A stretch of 64,000 bases of DNA from Rhina ancylostomus (GCA_030265395.1 JARFYF010000001.1:52794480-52858479); one strand, 5' to 3'; positions 40,338 through 55,050 are shown, counted from the first letter of the stretch. Translations and numbers: made by a program. The notes: generated by a model not told the origin, from the sequence alone.

Positions 40338-40560
40338 CAGAAGCTAGAAATCTGAAATAAAAACATAGAAGGATGGGGATGTTCAGCAGGTCAAGCAGCT
40401 CTGTGGAGAAAGAAGCAGAGTTAATATATCAGAATGAAGACTCTACCACACTTCATTTTCATCCAGAAAGTTCATGCACCTGGAACATTAACTCTGTTTT
40501 TCTCTCCACGGATGCTGCTTGGCCTTTTGTGTGTCCCCAGCATTGTCTGGTTTTAGTTAT
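40338..40560. mobile_element. Palindromic short element built from head-to-head Penelope-like termini
   Basis: CAGCAGGTCAAGCAGCTCTGTGGAGAAAGAAGCAGAGTTAAT...ATTAACTCTGTTTTTCTCTCCACGGATGCTGCTTGGCC inverted arms. Related copies at 56700-56920, 18265-18375 and 49500-49620. Confidence 0.7.
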
Positions 40561-41159
40561 TCCTAGGTTATGAAATCCCTTGAAGATTCTGAGATGTAAA
40601 CCTGTATTCATCCTTTCCTAACAAAAATCCATGCATGTTTTGTTAGTAATACATGTCCTGACCACCAAAACAAAATTTACAATGCTGCATTATAGTTGTT
40701 ATTCACAATCTGGTTTGAAAATCTCTGTCCATCCACTTTGCAATATACCACATAACTAATACTTCCTGCTGCATTAATGTGCTTCTAATCTTACGTCATT
40801 AATATGACTTTCTCGCTGTTTGAAAAACATTCAAGAATCATATTGCAATTACATCATGATGACTAGATTTTTTTCTAATTCTTGTGTCTAAAGTATATAC
40901 TGAAGAATTACTTATTTCAAGACTGCATTTCAAATATCATTTCATATAATAACCACATAAATCAAATTATTCAGCATGAAAGTTGGAAAATACAGAGCTA
41001 ACTTTAGCTTTCAATGTCTTANNNNNNNNNNNNNNNNNNNNNNNNNNNNNNNNNNNNNNNNNNNNNNNNNNNCCATTCAACAACATACAGCAATATTTTG
41101 GCCTGAATCTGAAGTTTTCCTAAAATAAAAGAGAAAGACAAAAGTGATTTTGGAGCAAC

Positions 41160-42145
41160 TACCACAAAATACTGGAGGAACTCAGCAGGTCAGGTAGCAT
41201 CCATGGAGGAAAATGAACAGTAAACATTTTGGGCCAAGACCATTCCAGAGGACTGGTAAGGAAGAGGGCAGTGGCCAGAATAAAAGGGTAAGGGAGAGGA
41301 GGAGCACAAGCTGGCAGGTGATGGGCAAGTCCAGGTGAGAGAGGGAAGATTGGTAGGTGGGGGAAGGGGGTTGAAAGGGAATGATAAGAGAAGCTGGGAG
41401 ATGGTTGGTGGAAGAGGCAAAGAGCTCAAGAAGGAATCCGATAGGAAAGGACAGTAGGCCATGGAATAAAGGGGAGGAGGTAGGCAGGTCATGATGGTGA
41501 GGGAGGGGAAAGAGAAGGGGCCACAGGAATGAGGGAAATCAAGGGGGGGGGAAATCGGGGGGAAGGAAATCTAACAGGAGGAAGGAAATCAAAAGGAAGG
41601 GAAGGAAATCAAAGGGGGGCGGGGGAGGAAAACAGAGGGGAGTGGTTACCAGTAGTTAGAGAAATCAATGTTGATGCTGTCAGGTTAGAGATTACCAAGA
41701 TGCTCCTCCAATGCCCATCTGGCCTCATTGTGGCAGTAGAGGAGGCCGTGGACAGACATGTCAGTATGGGAATGAGAAGTAGAATTAAAATGGCTGGCCA
41801 CCGGGAGATTCTGGCTGTTGTGTCGGATGGAGTGAAGGTGCTTGACGGAGCAGTCCCCCAATCTGCATCAGGTTTCACCGACGTAGAGGAGGCTGCACCG
41901 GATGGATTCACGTATGAAGTGCTGCCTCACCTGGAAGGACTGTTAAGGCTCCTGAATGGCAGTGAGGGAGGAGGTGTAGGGGCAGGTGTGACACTTTGCA
42001 TGGCTGCAGGGTTAAGTGCCAGGAGGATGATCAGTGGGGAGGGACGAGCAGACAAGGGATTTATGGAGAGAGCAATCCCTGTGCAAAACAGAGAGGGGAA
42101 GGGGAGGGGGAGGGGGAGGGGGAAGATGTGCCTGGTGCCCGGATG
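41160..42145 (-). mobile_element. Penelope-like retroelement 3' part with GIY-YIG endonuclease remnant
   Basis: Minus strand FQVRQHF...LLYVGET*CRLG..., the YIG half of the GIY-YIG motif; pyrimidine-rich 3' region and the terminal sequence shared with 31145. Confidence 0.8.
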
Positions 42146-45100
42146 TCATTGGATCTCCAAAGTGTCTCCAAGGTGATTTTGGAGTAAACTGCACAAAACA
42201 GTCATTGAAAGGACATAGTTATATCTCAGAGACAATTATTACCATGCCAAAATTTCATTATAAATTGACGACATACTTTTGTCTATCTGATAGGTTATTT
42301 CTTCAAGGTAAAAAGTTCCAATTTAATCTTCAGCCAAGTTTCAAACCCCTATATTTAGTCTATCACAAAGGATGACTGTGTCCTTTATAAACATTGTCCA
42401 TTTCTGTCTCTACTCACATCAATTTCTATTGACAATTTCATGCTTGCTTTTGTTACATCCAGGATCAAATTTGTCTCTCAAAGCTGCCCTACACAAACTT
42501 GAATTCATCTCTTGTTTTGTTATTCACATCCATTCCATACTGATTCCTGATCATACATCTTCCTGATTGGATCATCATTCTGCATGCGTTTTGTAATAAT
42601 TTAACAGGTATCATCACGGCCTTACTTTATACTCTCTCAGGAACCTACTCTAGGCCTACATCCTAATGCAAACCACCATTCTTCCAGGTTGGGTTCTCTC
42701 TCATCCTTTTGCTCCACTATCAGAGGTTGGGACATCAGTGATTATGCCCTGCACATGGGGATTTCCCTCTGAGGCCCTTTGCCACTTTTACCTTCAAGAG
42801 CCTGGAGAAAACTTTATTCCTGCACCTCAATCAATTCTTCAAACACTCCTGTCTCCATCAGCTCAACATCAGATTCCCCCAATTTTTGACTGAATTAATA
42901 GTCACGGTGCAAACTCTACCATGAGATCGATTGTATTCAATACTCTAACCGCAAAATTATCCAAAAATATTATAGTTCCTTGTTTAATTGGTACACGAAC
43001 TAGTCTACACGAAATATTTCAGCAAAAGGAAACTTGATGGGAAACAAATTAATCTTAATGCTTTTAAAAAAAATACAGGCACCTTCAGATTGTTCAATAT
43101 TTTGACATTTGTATCCACATTTAAACGCATTGTTGCTCAGAACATTGTGAATTTCTATCCTGTCATACAGGTTTCAACATTCAGTTTACTTATTAAACTG
43201 AAGCATGCCTAACTGCAAAGAAAAACTGCAATGCACTATTTGATTAACGTAAATTTCTTCTAAAGTCTTGACCAAAATCCTCCATTATTCTCCATCACCA
43301 AAATAATTACGCAACCATTTATCTGATTTCTTTTTCGGGGACTTTGATATATGCTCATGCATTTACCTTTAAAACAACAGTGATTGCTTTTTGGAAGGTC
43401 ATTCCTCACCCGTAAATAACTCGGAAATGTTTTGAGAACATGAAGAGTTGGACTTAACCAAAATGACATGTAATTCACAATAAATTAATGCTACCCGAGT
43501 ACAGCACTTGGGTATTCTGAAACCAATGGGTCAGTCGTGTTTCCAATGCAGTACAAAATATTTGTTGGAATCTAAATACTTCTTGAAATCTCCATTTTGA
43601 AAAAAGGCGGGGTGCCCAGTCTCCGTTCAGTTGTTGTGACTGCGGTGGTACCCTTTAATTACCGTGAGGTGTCCTTGAGCGTTACTTTAAAAACTATCTA
43701 AATATTTAGGTGTTACACCTTTTTTTTCATAATTCGCAACATTTAGGAAGACATTTTGAAATTAAGTGTACAAATTCTAGTTTTCAAATATACTAGATTG
43801 ACTGACCATTAAATGCCGGACGCAGTTTATTTCTTTAAAAAGCAGCACTGCAATACACATATAAAATTAATTAAAACACTTAATTTTAATTTTTCACATC
43901 GCAAATTAATATTTAAAGAAAAACCAATATTGTTGCGATAGGACTAACTTAGCCTAAGACCTCAATTACACTGCCTGATCGGAACACGAGATTCATCCGC
44001 CTTGGGCAGGTGCCTTCCGATTATGTTTAAAACTCTTCTCCCTGGAGTTAATTGTTGAGAAGGTGAGCAGTAGCGGCCCTGTACATAAATACTTAAACAA
44101 TTACTGTTTTTTTCTGCCGTGTTGCCACGCTCAGCCATGGACTAATGCAATGTACCATGAAGTGTTGGATGCAATAAATAATCCAGCGTTTGGGGAAACC
44201 TAACGCGTAATCAAATTAACTGACAAGTAGATCTTTAAATTGAGCATTAGTTAGACTATGCCATAAGATAGAGGACTCATCGCTGCATAACTGCATTGTG
44301 TTTCTCTCCATCTTGTTCCAAATTCTAAATAACAAATGTGATGCAACCTGCAGTAATACACTGCAAACCGCTTGCTTTTCATTTGCACTGTCCCTTGAGG
44401 ACAGTTAAGCAAATATTTTAATGTGATCTTATAACCCACTTAATTACTGTAGAAAATAATTATTAGGATATGTTACTTTATTATGCTAATAATTCAGCCC
44501 TGAAACCTAATTTGTTCCTTATTTATGCCAAAAAGCCTATAAAAACACTTTGATTGTATTTCCAGACTATCATCTCGATCAAAAAATATAGCAGGTGGAA
44601 AATTACAATCACAATTAACTGTATTTTATTGCACAAAATACATGCAGGATAAAACACAAGTGGTTTATAGATAATATGGAGAACATAAAATAGCACATGA
44701 TGTGAATTTTGAGGCTGTTTTTCAAAATGTGAAACTAATAACTGTCGTGCCAAACGGATTCAACAGATTGTCGAACGGAAGTTGAACGGAAACAATCAGT
44801 TTTGTAGTGAGTTGATGTGGAAATCTGTGGAAAGAAATCGCTGCCTCTGAATGAAACCGCAAGCCGTGGACCTTTGAATGTATACTAAGAATTTCCCTAT
44901 TACACAGAAGCAGGATATTGGAATGATCAACGACCGGTTGTCCAAACAGGACACAGAAAATCCTTTATTCTCAGAGGAACATCTATCTGTTTGCTATGTC
45001 AAACGTAACAGCCCCATAGGTACACATATGGTTTACTGCCTTAGACAATCTGAAGGCTGTTTTTAAAAGAAAAAAGTTCATCAATATAAAATAGCCTAGA

Positions 45101-47327
45101 TATGTTAAAGACAATGTCAAAAACTAATGGAACAGTTCAGTATTAGGAAACGTTTATTTGGCTCATTATCCAATGAAACAATATTATACATTGGCAAAAA
45201 CAAAACAGCGTGGATAATAACCATAACTCTCTGTAAGCAAAAAAAGTTCAGTACAGAAACACTGCTAAAAAGTACGAACATTGATGCAATCTCTGCAGTT
45301 AATGTAGAATCGCACAGGTCACAGTTAAACATCCAATTATCAATGGACCTGTGATCTCTGCGATTAGATTTCGGTATAGGCAGCATGGACAATAAAAAAA
45401 TGTGCGATAATCGCACAGTGATACAAGTGCTTTAGCAGTAAAACCCTTCCCATTCTAACATTCTACTTCTTTAAATAGGTAAATTGTGAAATAAATATTG
45501 CAGTAGATATCTGTCATGTTCCACTTTTATTGTTTATACTCCCATCTGGTTAAAATGAACTTCATTTCAAGCACAACTCTATTGCACCACGAGCAAAATG
45601 ATTGCATTAATCTAGTGCTGTGGTGAAGTGAATGAGACAGACAGAGCCTCCAGTTTCATTTTTTAAAAAAATCTAACTGTAATTCATTTCTATCTACCCC
45701 GCTTACCGTCTTCTCGTATTTTCTGTACAGGCCAACCCGAGAAGCGCCTTGAGGGATCCTGGGGCAGTAAAGGCACTATGTAAATACAAGGCCTTTCTTC
45801 ATTCTTTCATATTTGGTCGTTTATGCAGAAACTAATTCTGTAGGGTAATTGCAATTAGCATTTTGCACAAAATGGGATAGGCATTTATATTTTCTTTTAC
45901 TATTGTGCACTTATACCAAACTATTTCCAAAAGGGTGTTACTGAATACATCAGTATAACTGAATCTTTCTCATTAGGCAGAAAAGCCTGCGATATTACTG
46001 GTAACGTTGCAACAGCAATCACAAGTTTGCCAGTTTACCACCTTATCAGATAAGCGTCAATGATATCCTGGTGACGTGAACGATCTGAACTTCTAGATAT
46101 CAATCGACAATTTAATGAATTTAAGCGGCCTGCAGCTATCTGCACTGGTGCATTGACTCTCATGCTGAGATGTTTTTGACATATTTGGAAACTTTTAAAA
46201 TGACTAGTCATTGATGAACGTAATTAATGCACTCAGAAAATCATACTGATTTATTTTCAATAACAAAAAATGTCTAACTAAATGTTATATTTAAACATGA
46301 CAACCCAAAAGTGATGTTCACAGCACGTTAATCTCGGCCATAAAATGACACAAACTCCCTCAACGTCGGTTTCCTGATTTATGGGTTTAACTTTGCTTCA
46401 TATTATCTAAATCTAACTAGCAATCTCTCAGGTGTTTGATTTACATTTGATAATTGATAGACAAATTGATTACAATTCACTTATTCTAACAGTAAAAAAC
46501 AATAATTAAATGACGTTTTGCATATTGGTTCAGCCAAAAAAAATTAGGTCGGTTGTTGTCGGCAATTTCACATACGTTGTTCCGTATTAATTAAAATCAT
46601 CAGAACTATATGTATGACATAAAACAGCTGTAGATCCCCATAGGTATTTTAAACCCATTTGTCTCATCATTCTCCACTTCAAAACAAATTGCTTCGCTAA
46701 GGTACCTAAATATGATTTAACCCTCTTAACTTTTGTGTACAATTTAAAATTTCAAATTATGCATGCATTTTATTTTGCAAACAGCTTCTTCAGTATTGAA
46801 CGTCGAAGGCAGAAAGAAAAAATATAATAGTTCACCCGGGAAACACTGAATATACTGTTTTGAGATGAAATGAAATTAACCACGACTAATATTTGGCTAA
46901 AATTGTAAAATAGCTTTTTTTAAAAAAAAGATTTCAGATATGCATTCCTATCCTGGTCTTAATATGCACTTATAAGTACAAACTGAAATTTCTGTTCCTG
47001 AAAATGTTTTATCCATGGTCAAAGCATGCATGAAATGAAACCCAAACTCTTCTACTAATTGCAGAAAGACATATTGTTCCTGTACTATCACTGTACTTTT
47101 GTTAAGCTTCTTATTACACCTTGATGATGTAGATATGTTTGAGCAATATGTCAAAAAAATGAGGCCAGTATATCAGGAAGTTAACAATACTGACTGACCA
47201 CCTGTTTAGTTAGAAACTATCTCAATGAAATACATTTCCTCAATAATTGTGTAGGTAGGGTCATTAACTGGTAATAGATTTTTTATATTCCACTCAATGC
47301 ATTAGGTAATCTTTAATAACTGTAAAT

Positions 47328-47427
47328 TAATTCCGGATGACTGTGAAACCCATGGAAACAAATCATACTCATTGATATAATTCCGGATGACTGTGAAACC
47401 CATGGAAACAAATCATACTCATTAATA
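47328..47427. repeat. Tandem duplication, 2 x 50 bp
   Basis: TAATTCCGGATGACTGTGAAACCCATGGAAACAAATCATACTCATT(G/A)ATA repeated with one mismatch. Confidence 0.95.
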
Positions 47428-50400
47428 TGCTTGATTCATAGTCAAAGAGAATTAAATGAAATCTAAACTATATCACTGATTGCAAAATGACAGATTATTC
47501 CTCCATTATCTTTGTACTTGTTCCGCTTCAGGTAACACCTTGATTTAATTAGGTCTGTTAGTAAATAGTAAACTAATAACCATATTGTAGATATTTTAAC
47601 AACATTTAAAACTGAAACATTTTGCTCAATCTTGATGTAAGTATTGATATTGAAAAACAGGATGAGTATATTCAGAAGACAGCAATACTGACTATTTCGT
47701 TTAGTTAGGGATTGTTCAAAATGAGATATTTTTGTTTGAAGAAAGAACATAAAAAATTGGCTAAGAAGTGGTACTGTATTACTTGGCATTCCAGACAATA
47801 CACTTGGTATGCTTTGATAAATGAAAATAAGAGTGAGTGAGTGTGTTGAGTGAATGGGGTGGGGGGGGGGAGATCAGTAGAAACAACTTGAACAATAAAA
47901 GAACCATTTAAATCGATATATTATTTATGTATGGCAAATACAAATTTATCATTCATTCAATCCAGGGCAATATTTTATCATCCCCTAAAACTGGGTCAAC
48001 AGTTTTGTACTCAAATGTACTCTTTGTACTCTTCTGTACCTCAATGTACTCTTTCTTTTTCACCACATAAACAGTTTATTGTTAGCACATTGCTGAAAAA
48101 AACTGTCCAAAAAGTTTATGGTCTAATAAAGATGTGTGATAATAATTCAAAACTGCAATCTCTGTATCGTCACCTCGTATGCTGTCTGTGAATATTTTAA
48201 CAAATGCTGTTCTTAGAAGGAAATAATTAATATATACTGGGAAGGTATGTGTGGGGTTCTGGAGATGTTTGCTGAGACAAATGGTTATCATCCTTTTCAT
48301 TGTGGGGTTCTTGAGCTGGAATTCCAGTCTCAGAGATGGTACGTCTCCAAGTGACAATATGAAAACGTGCCCTAATTCTTATGGGTGTATGTCCATATCA
48401 CACAAGTGCACATAATTCAACTGATAGTCCTTCGACACATGGAAATGAATTGTGTGAGAGAGAAATTAATAGAAGCAAATCGACGTTACACCAATCATTT
48501 TCATTGATCTGATTGATCCAAAGTTATATGGGGAATGAAATAAGACTTGAACTCTTGTACTGATTGCAATAAAGATGCACTGTTAGTAACTAAAGACGCC
48601 CGGTGTAAGAAACAGGAGGAGATCACAACTGCGCAGAAAAGGCTGCTCTTCTCATTTAAGTTCGAGGCACATTGTAGAAGGAGCTTTCCTCTGCGAAATA
48701 GTGGTGCTATGGTGCTGCTCTGACTGAGCGATTGATCAAAACAATGACAAAAGTGAGTAAAATATCCATTCTGGGCATTTCTCATTCCAAACCAAAATAA
48801 AAACCTGCTGATAGGAAGTTTTTTTTTGTCGGAGGCGGGGCGGTGGGGGGGGGTGGGGGTGGAGTGGATTTTCATTCAACAAATCACTGAAGACGTTATT
48901 AGCAGATTCGCCACTTACATTATTCTAACCTGTGTCCTGATTCAAAATGTAGATTCTCCCCGCCCCCACCCCAAGACGAGGTAGCCTGCCACTTGAAAAC
49001 AGTCAAATTAAACAAAGCACCTTTCTAAACTCTTAATCTAAATGCGCCAACTTTCTAGTGTTGCATTGTCTTGTGTTTCTTGCTATTTGATTCTTATATG
49101 ATTTAAAAAAATAAATTACAAACGATACATTTAAACGCTTTTCATTGTTTGCTGTACTGACCCACTGACCCTATAATTCTACGGATTATGATATCAATAT
49201 TAAACTATACCACAATGGATAGAAATATTGCAAATGGAAAACTGAAAGTGAATCCTATGCTGTAAATCACTTGAACTGATATTGTTATCAGTAAATCGGA
49301 ATCAATAATTTAGGAAGATTATCAAGCATATTGATAATCTGTTTATTCTAGAAATAACTGAATATTTCTTTTGAAAAACAAGCAACGCAAAAGACAGGGT
49401 TAAATGAAGCAAATAACACCTTTTTTAGAATAGATGAAGGAAATGTACAGTCTACCACTTGCATATGAACCATACCAAAGGAATATGAGGTTGGTCAAGC
49501 TGGTTCTATTTCTAAATTTTCCCAGTTCTAGTGAAAAGTCATCGATCTGAAACATGAACTCATATTTTCTCCACGGTTACGGCCCGATCTGCTGCTTATT
49601 TCCAGTTTTTTTTTACTTTAAAAGAATAGGATCAGAAAACGTAAATTATTCATTGTATCTATAAGGTAGCATTATATATCTATTAATATCAAAGTATTGA
49701 TTTATTATGTTTTTACCACCGATCAAATTTCCCTTTCTCTTTCTAACATACTATAGGTTGACAAGCTCATTTGTTATTTCTGAACATTTGAAGACTTTCA
49801 GAAAGGGAACTTCTATTAAATGGAATTGCCCAGTTTACGTACACCGTAAATAACGGCATTTGTTGCAACTCATTGGTAATCTGCATGCTGTATTGGACAA
49901 ACTCTTATCATAATTCAAATAAAGTATATTTTTAGCCCCAAGGCAAAATGCCGCCATCTCCATAATTTAACTACGTATGGCACGTAAGAATACCTTTAAT
50001 CACAGGTGTTGCAAGAGTAATTTGCTAGCTCTTTAATTTAAGGGGCTTATATGTCATTCGGGCCATTTAGCCACACGCTGTGACAGAATATGGTTTCAAG
50101 AGCTATCCTTTATATTTGTAGTCATTTCCCAGCTGGTAAATCCCAGCAACTTAATATCAGTGCTTGATTTAGTTAAATAGCAATGAAAAGCCAGAGCTTT
50201 TTTTTTCTATAGCTTGACCCAATGAAGTCGGCATCATTACAAGGAAGGATAGAACAAAGAGTCAGATATAGAATATCAAGATAAGATTAATACCCAAACT
50301 CCAACACAGCTACTAAGCTAATCATGGTCCCACTAAAATCAAATCAAATAGTTATATACCATTGTAAATATGCTGGTATCATTGAATAAATATAACCATT

Positions 50401-53400
50401 CACATATAAAAGTCTATAGAGCTATTTATCATACATGTAACTACTTTACTACCGCTTTTCAGAAAATGGTTTTGTTGATTTTGAATATTTCCCGGAAGCT
50501 CTGCATAAATTATTTTCGCATTTCGCACATAGGTTCGGGATTTTTTCTCCTTTTTTGTTAAAAGAATATATACTTTGCAATCTGTTATTTTCAAGAAACC
50601 TATTTTATTGTCTTACGTTTAAAAGTCTGATTGTGTTGCAGGCAACCTTCATCAGGTCTGTGCAGAAATGTTCCACGCTGGATATCTTTGCAAAATAGAA
50701 ATGCAATGACATTCACTCCAACAAATTCATTTTAGATCAAATTATAATGTTTATAATATCAAAAGTTGAAATTCAGGCAGACAATAATGAATGGCACATA
50801 ATTAGCCTTTCACCAACAGTGGATAAAATGGCAGTACATTTGGCCGGTCACCAACAAGAAATAAATATAATTCAGGAAACGCCACCATATAGACTCTGAC
50901 TTCCCTAAAGTAGCGATGAAATCGCGGTAGCCTCCACTCACGCATGATTCACTGTTGCAATTGCAAATATGTGTTCACAGTAACGAATTGGTTAATGAAA
51001 CATTGAAATTAAAATACTCGGAACTTCAAATCTCTGGTGTTAGAAAAATGTAGAATGTATAAACTCTAGCTATTCCACAAAATGATTTTCTTGCTTCATG
51101 TTGAAATATCACTTTAATCATAAATGATTTCCCTTAAAAACGGAATGTCGAAATCAGCATTTGTTTGGATTACGATTCACTGGGTGTTTGTGTATAAAGG
51201 ATGGTGTTCTCATTCCTTGTCAAGCTGTCAAAAGTGTTACAATACAGCTTCCTCTGGTTGTGTTCTATTTTAATTTCGGGGTCAAGTCAGGATAGCGTTA
51301 TCAGTTACTCTTTAACTACGAATCTTTGCGATCTAAGTGCATCCAAAGCATACTCCGGAGAAAGTAGCGATGATAGTGAAGCAATTTTTTAAAGGCTTTG
51401 TTTAGTAGAGTTGGTAATAGCTGGAGTTTCACGTATCATTTCTATGTGCATAATAAATAGGATGCATTCAAAAGAAGATAAAGCGTAGAATTATCGCTCT
51501 TCACTGCGCTGGCAACAATTCTTCCGACATGGTATTTTTGACAAGAAAACAAAAGCGCGTGGGATGTGCTGTGATGAACTAAGAGCCCAACTTATACAGG
51601 GAAATTATTATGTTGTATTTTGGAAGCCACTTACCAAAATGTCCAGTTTCTCACAATGTCGCCGAATTCAGCGGCATGGCTGATGAGTACCAGTATCTTC
51701 ACACACGCAGCTACTAGATGCTCCACAGCAGTAAGCACCAAGTCAGCTCCGTAGCTGGGGGAGCCAATGTGAGATTCCTGTTTCTTTTTGCATTAACTCA
51801 ACACATGCGGAAATGTGTTTACTGCAATAGATTTAGTCTAATTTCCAGCAATGCTATTTTCAAGAAAATAAATCACTATTGGACTCGTGGTCAGCTGAAG
51901 TTTTCGCTTTATGTTGCGTTGGGGGGGGGGGGGTCCGTGGGAGAGAGTTTCAACTGTAAACATCTCAGCTCACCGTTGTGCTTTTGTGATGTGGGTTGGC
52001 AAATTATTGTGCAGGAACTTCTCAAGTCCGGAATTCGTTGAAGACTTATATCGTGGCCTGATTTGATTGCTACATTAGTCAGCTCAGAAATGCAACAATG
52101 AACATCCTTTGCCAGCAATTTTATGATTGCTCCTTCACACGGCATTTCACGATTTAGTAATTTTTATCATCTCACTAGAAACAAATAGAAACAAGAAGGT
52201 GCGGCAAGTCTTGTTCGGACTTTTCAATAACTTCAGGAAAGCATCTTATTACATATATTCCCCAACATCTGAATATTTCAGTAAAACATAATTGTGCAAA
52301 TAGGATAAATAGATTTGGGGAAAATGTTTGCTTCCAAATTGTTACGGTTGGCAATTATCAATCGGTTATATGAGATTTTCAACGTATAGTTGGCCATTCG
52401 TTCAAACTGGTTGTTTTGAAGTCAGTTATTAGTCTTTCTATGGGATTGGGATAACCGTCCTTTAAATAATATTAGGCTGNNNNNNNNNNNNNNNNNNNNN
52501 NNNNNNNNNNNNNNNNNNNNNNNNNNNNNNNNNNNNNNNNNNNNNNNNNNNNNNNNNNNNNNNNNNNNNNNNNNNNNNNCTGATAAAAAGAAATCCTCAC
52601 GAGTAGTTCCAGATCAACGGGGAAAATAGATAATTCATTGGACTTCTTCTAACAGCACGATTTATTATCGAGCTAATGCTGATAATGTACGATTTGGGGG
52701 AAGTGCTGCTCCTAATGTTAACGTGCTTCCAGAGTCCATTGAAGCCAATACATGTGGAGTTGTGTTTAATATTTCCTAATTTATCCCTTCACCGGGTTAA
52801 TAAAAAAATCCTCATTGGTCAAAGAACAGAGATATGTAGATGTGGAGGTCGTCGGAATTTGAAAATGTTCTAAGTAGACATAACAGCATCTCTCCAGAAA
52901 ATTATAACGAGTGGGCTTCAATCTGGGTTGCTAAATGAAAGTAATGAAAAATGTCTCCTCCGTTCCAACCTAGCGCCTTATAAACAACGATTTGGAAGAT
53001 ACGCTTCAGAAGCATAAATAAAATTAACGGTGTTCTCGGTCCGGAAAGAAAATGCGCTGCCGCTCGCCCCTCCACACATTTGCGATAGGACCGCATGTTA
53101 AAATTGGACAAAGGCAATGGTTTTACCATCTGCATTTCGCGTATTTCATGTTAAGCAATCATCGCTAATGAACACTAGAAATGTGGAAATTGTTGCTCTT
53201 TATATAAATCGCACCTACTAGATATTAACCATGGATGCAGAAAAGTAAGAAAAAAACTGAAAGTAGTTGGTCTCAGATGGTCCGTAAATAGATGGTGACA
53301 AACATTGCTCAGTACTAAAGAGCCACGATAGCCCAGGCAGTTTGCGGAAGGCATAATCACTTTTTCTCCAATCAGGTTTTAGCCTTGCCAGGGAGCCAAG

Positions 53401-53479
53401 AGAGCCCGTCGCCAAGCCACAATGACATTCTCTGTGACGGTGACCTCTTCTATTATCCATCAATGTGGGAATGTCCTTT

Positions 53480-55050
53480 CATTCTACTGTGTGCTGAGGT
53501 AATTTCAGCAACTCATGCTCTCAGGCCACTTCTATAGCATCCGTCGGATCTATCCTTGGCCTCCTCTTCTACATCTACATATTGCACCTTGNNNNNNNNN
53601 NNNNNNNNNNNNNNNNNNNNNNNNNNNNNNNNNNNNNNNNNNNNNNNNNNNNNNNNNNNNNNNNNNNNNNNNNNNNNNNNNNNNNNNNNNNCTCTTCTAC
53701 ATCTACATATTGCACCTTGGTGACTATCCACAGACATTGGGACGGCCTCTCAATGACATTCAAACTTTGCCTCTTCGCCATCACTCTCTATTGCTCCGCT
53801 GCCTTTATATTGTCAGACAACTCATTTGATATTCTGTCACGGATTAGCTGAGATTTCCTCCAGTTAAACACTGCAAAGACAAGAACCAGCATCTGGCCCC
53901 ACAGCAAGCACTGTACTCTTGCCACCTATTTAAAATTAACCCCCCTTCACACCCCCTCAGTCTGACTGTTGCCTAAGGTAGAAACTGACTCACATCTTAT
54001 TTTACCCCGAACTGCTGATCCACAAAGATCTCCGATCACTACTTTTGTAACATTATCCACCTTCACCCCGGTAGTGGCGCAGCTGTCACTGAACCCTATG
54101 CCAGTATGTAAAATTCCAGACTCCTATCCTTTATCCTTTAAAATAAATCGATTAATCAACCACCAGTGCCTGTCTTAAATTCTGCACCAGATCCTGTTCT
54201 CTTGTCATCCTAACTTCGCCAAATAAGTCCTGGTGCCCAGTGACTTAATTCAAAGTTAGCTATTTAGTACTTAATTGGGGATAAAAGGCTTCTTCTCTAC
54301 AAAATTTATAACCTGATTCCGGATTCTTTGCCACACAATAGACTACAGGGGCCTCCAGACCCTCACTATCCTGAATCCTCTTTCTTTCTTGGCGTTATAG
54401 AGGCATAGTCATACGGCATGGAAACTGGCCCTTTAGCCCAACTGGTCCATGCCAACCAAGATTCTAAGCTTGTCCCATTTGTCTGCACTTGGCCCATATC
54501 CTTCCAAACCTCTCCTATCCATGTACCTGTCCAAGTACCTTTGCAATGTTGTTAATGCACTTGCCTCAACCACTTGCTCTGGCAGCTCATTCCATGTACT
54601 GACCACTCTCTGGGTGAAAAAGCTGCCCCTCAGGTTCCTATTAAATCTCTCCCCTCTCACCTTAAACCTATGCCCTCCGGTTCTTGATTCCCCAACCCTG
54701 GGAAAAGGACTGTGCATGTTCACCCTATCTATGTCCCCCATAATTTATACACCTCATTAAGACCACCCTTATTCTCCTACACTCCAATGAAAAAGACTTC
54801 CAACCTACTTAACCTCTCTCCATAACTCAGTCCCACAAGTCCTGGCAACATCCTTGTAAATCTCTGCACTCTTTCCGGCTTAATGGCATCTTTCCTGTAG
54901 CATTTTCTTCAGATATCGTCCATAAAAACTTGCCCCTTTCACCTCTTTCCTAACATCCTTTATTGATTCAGCACTAATTTTGATTCAATTATATCACTGT
55001 GAACAGCATTTGAGCACTTCTCTATTGCTAAAGGTAAAATATAAATGCAA
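53480..55050 (+). mobile_element. Ancient L2-like LINE remnant interrupted by a CR1
   Basis: RT-like LRPLL....YP..., FLQLNTAKT segment near 53855, L2-type tail TAAAGGTAAAATATAAATGCAA near 55030. Confidence 0.55.
54400..54900 (-). mobile_element. Relatively young CR1 (HER1-like) 3' fragment
   Basis: Open frame GGHRFKVRGERFNRNLRGSFFTQRVVSTWNELPEQVVEA...YLDRYMD plus tail GGACCAGTTGGGCTAAAGGGCCAGTTTCCATGCCGTATGAC. Confidence 0.9.

Noticed and set aside
41529-42176. 215-aa plus-strand ORF
   Set aside because: Antisense shadow of the Penelope remnant with low-complexity G/E content; no protein family signature.
53562-53719. CTCTTCTACATCTACATATTGCACCTTG repeated across a 100-N gap
   Set aside because: Most likely a scaffolding overlap artefact.
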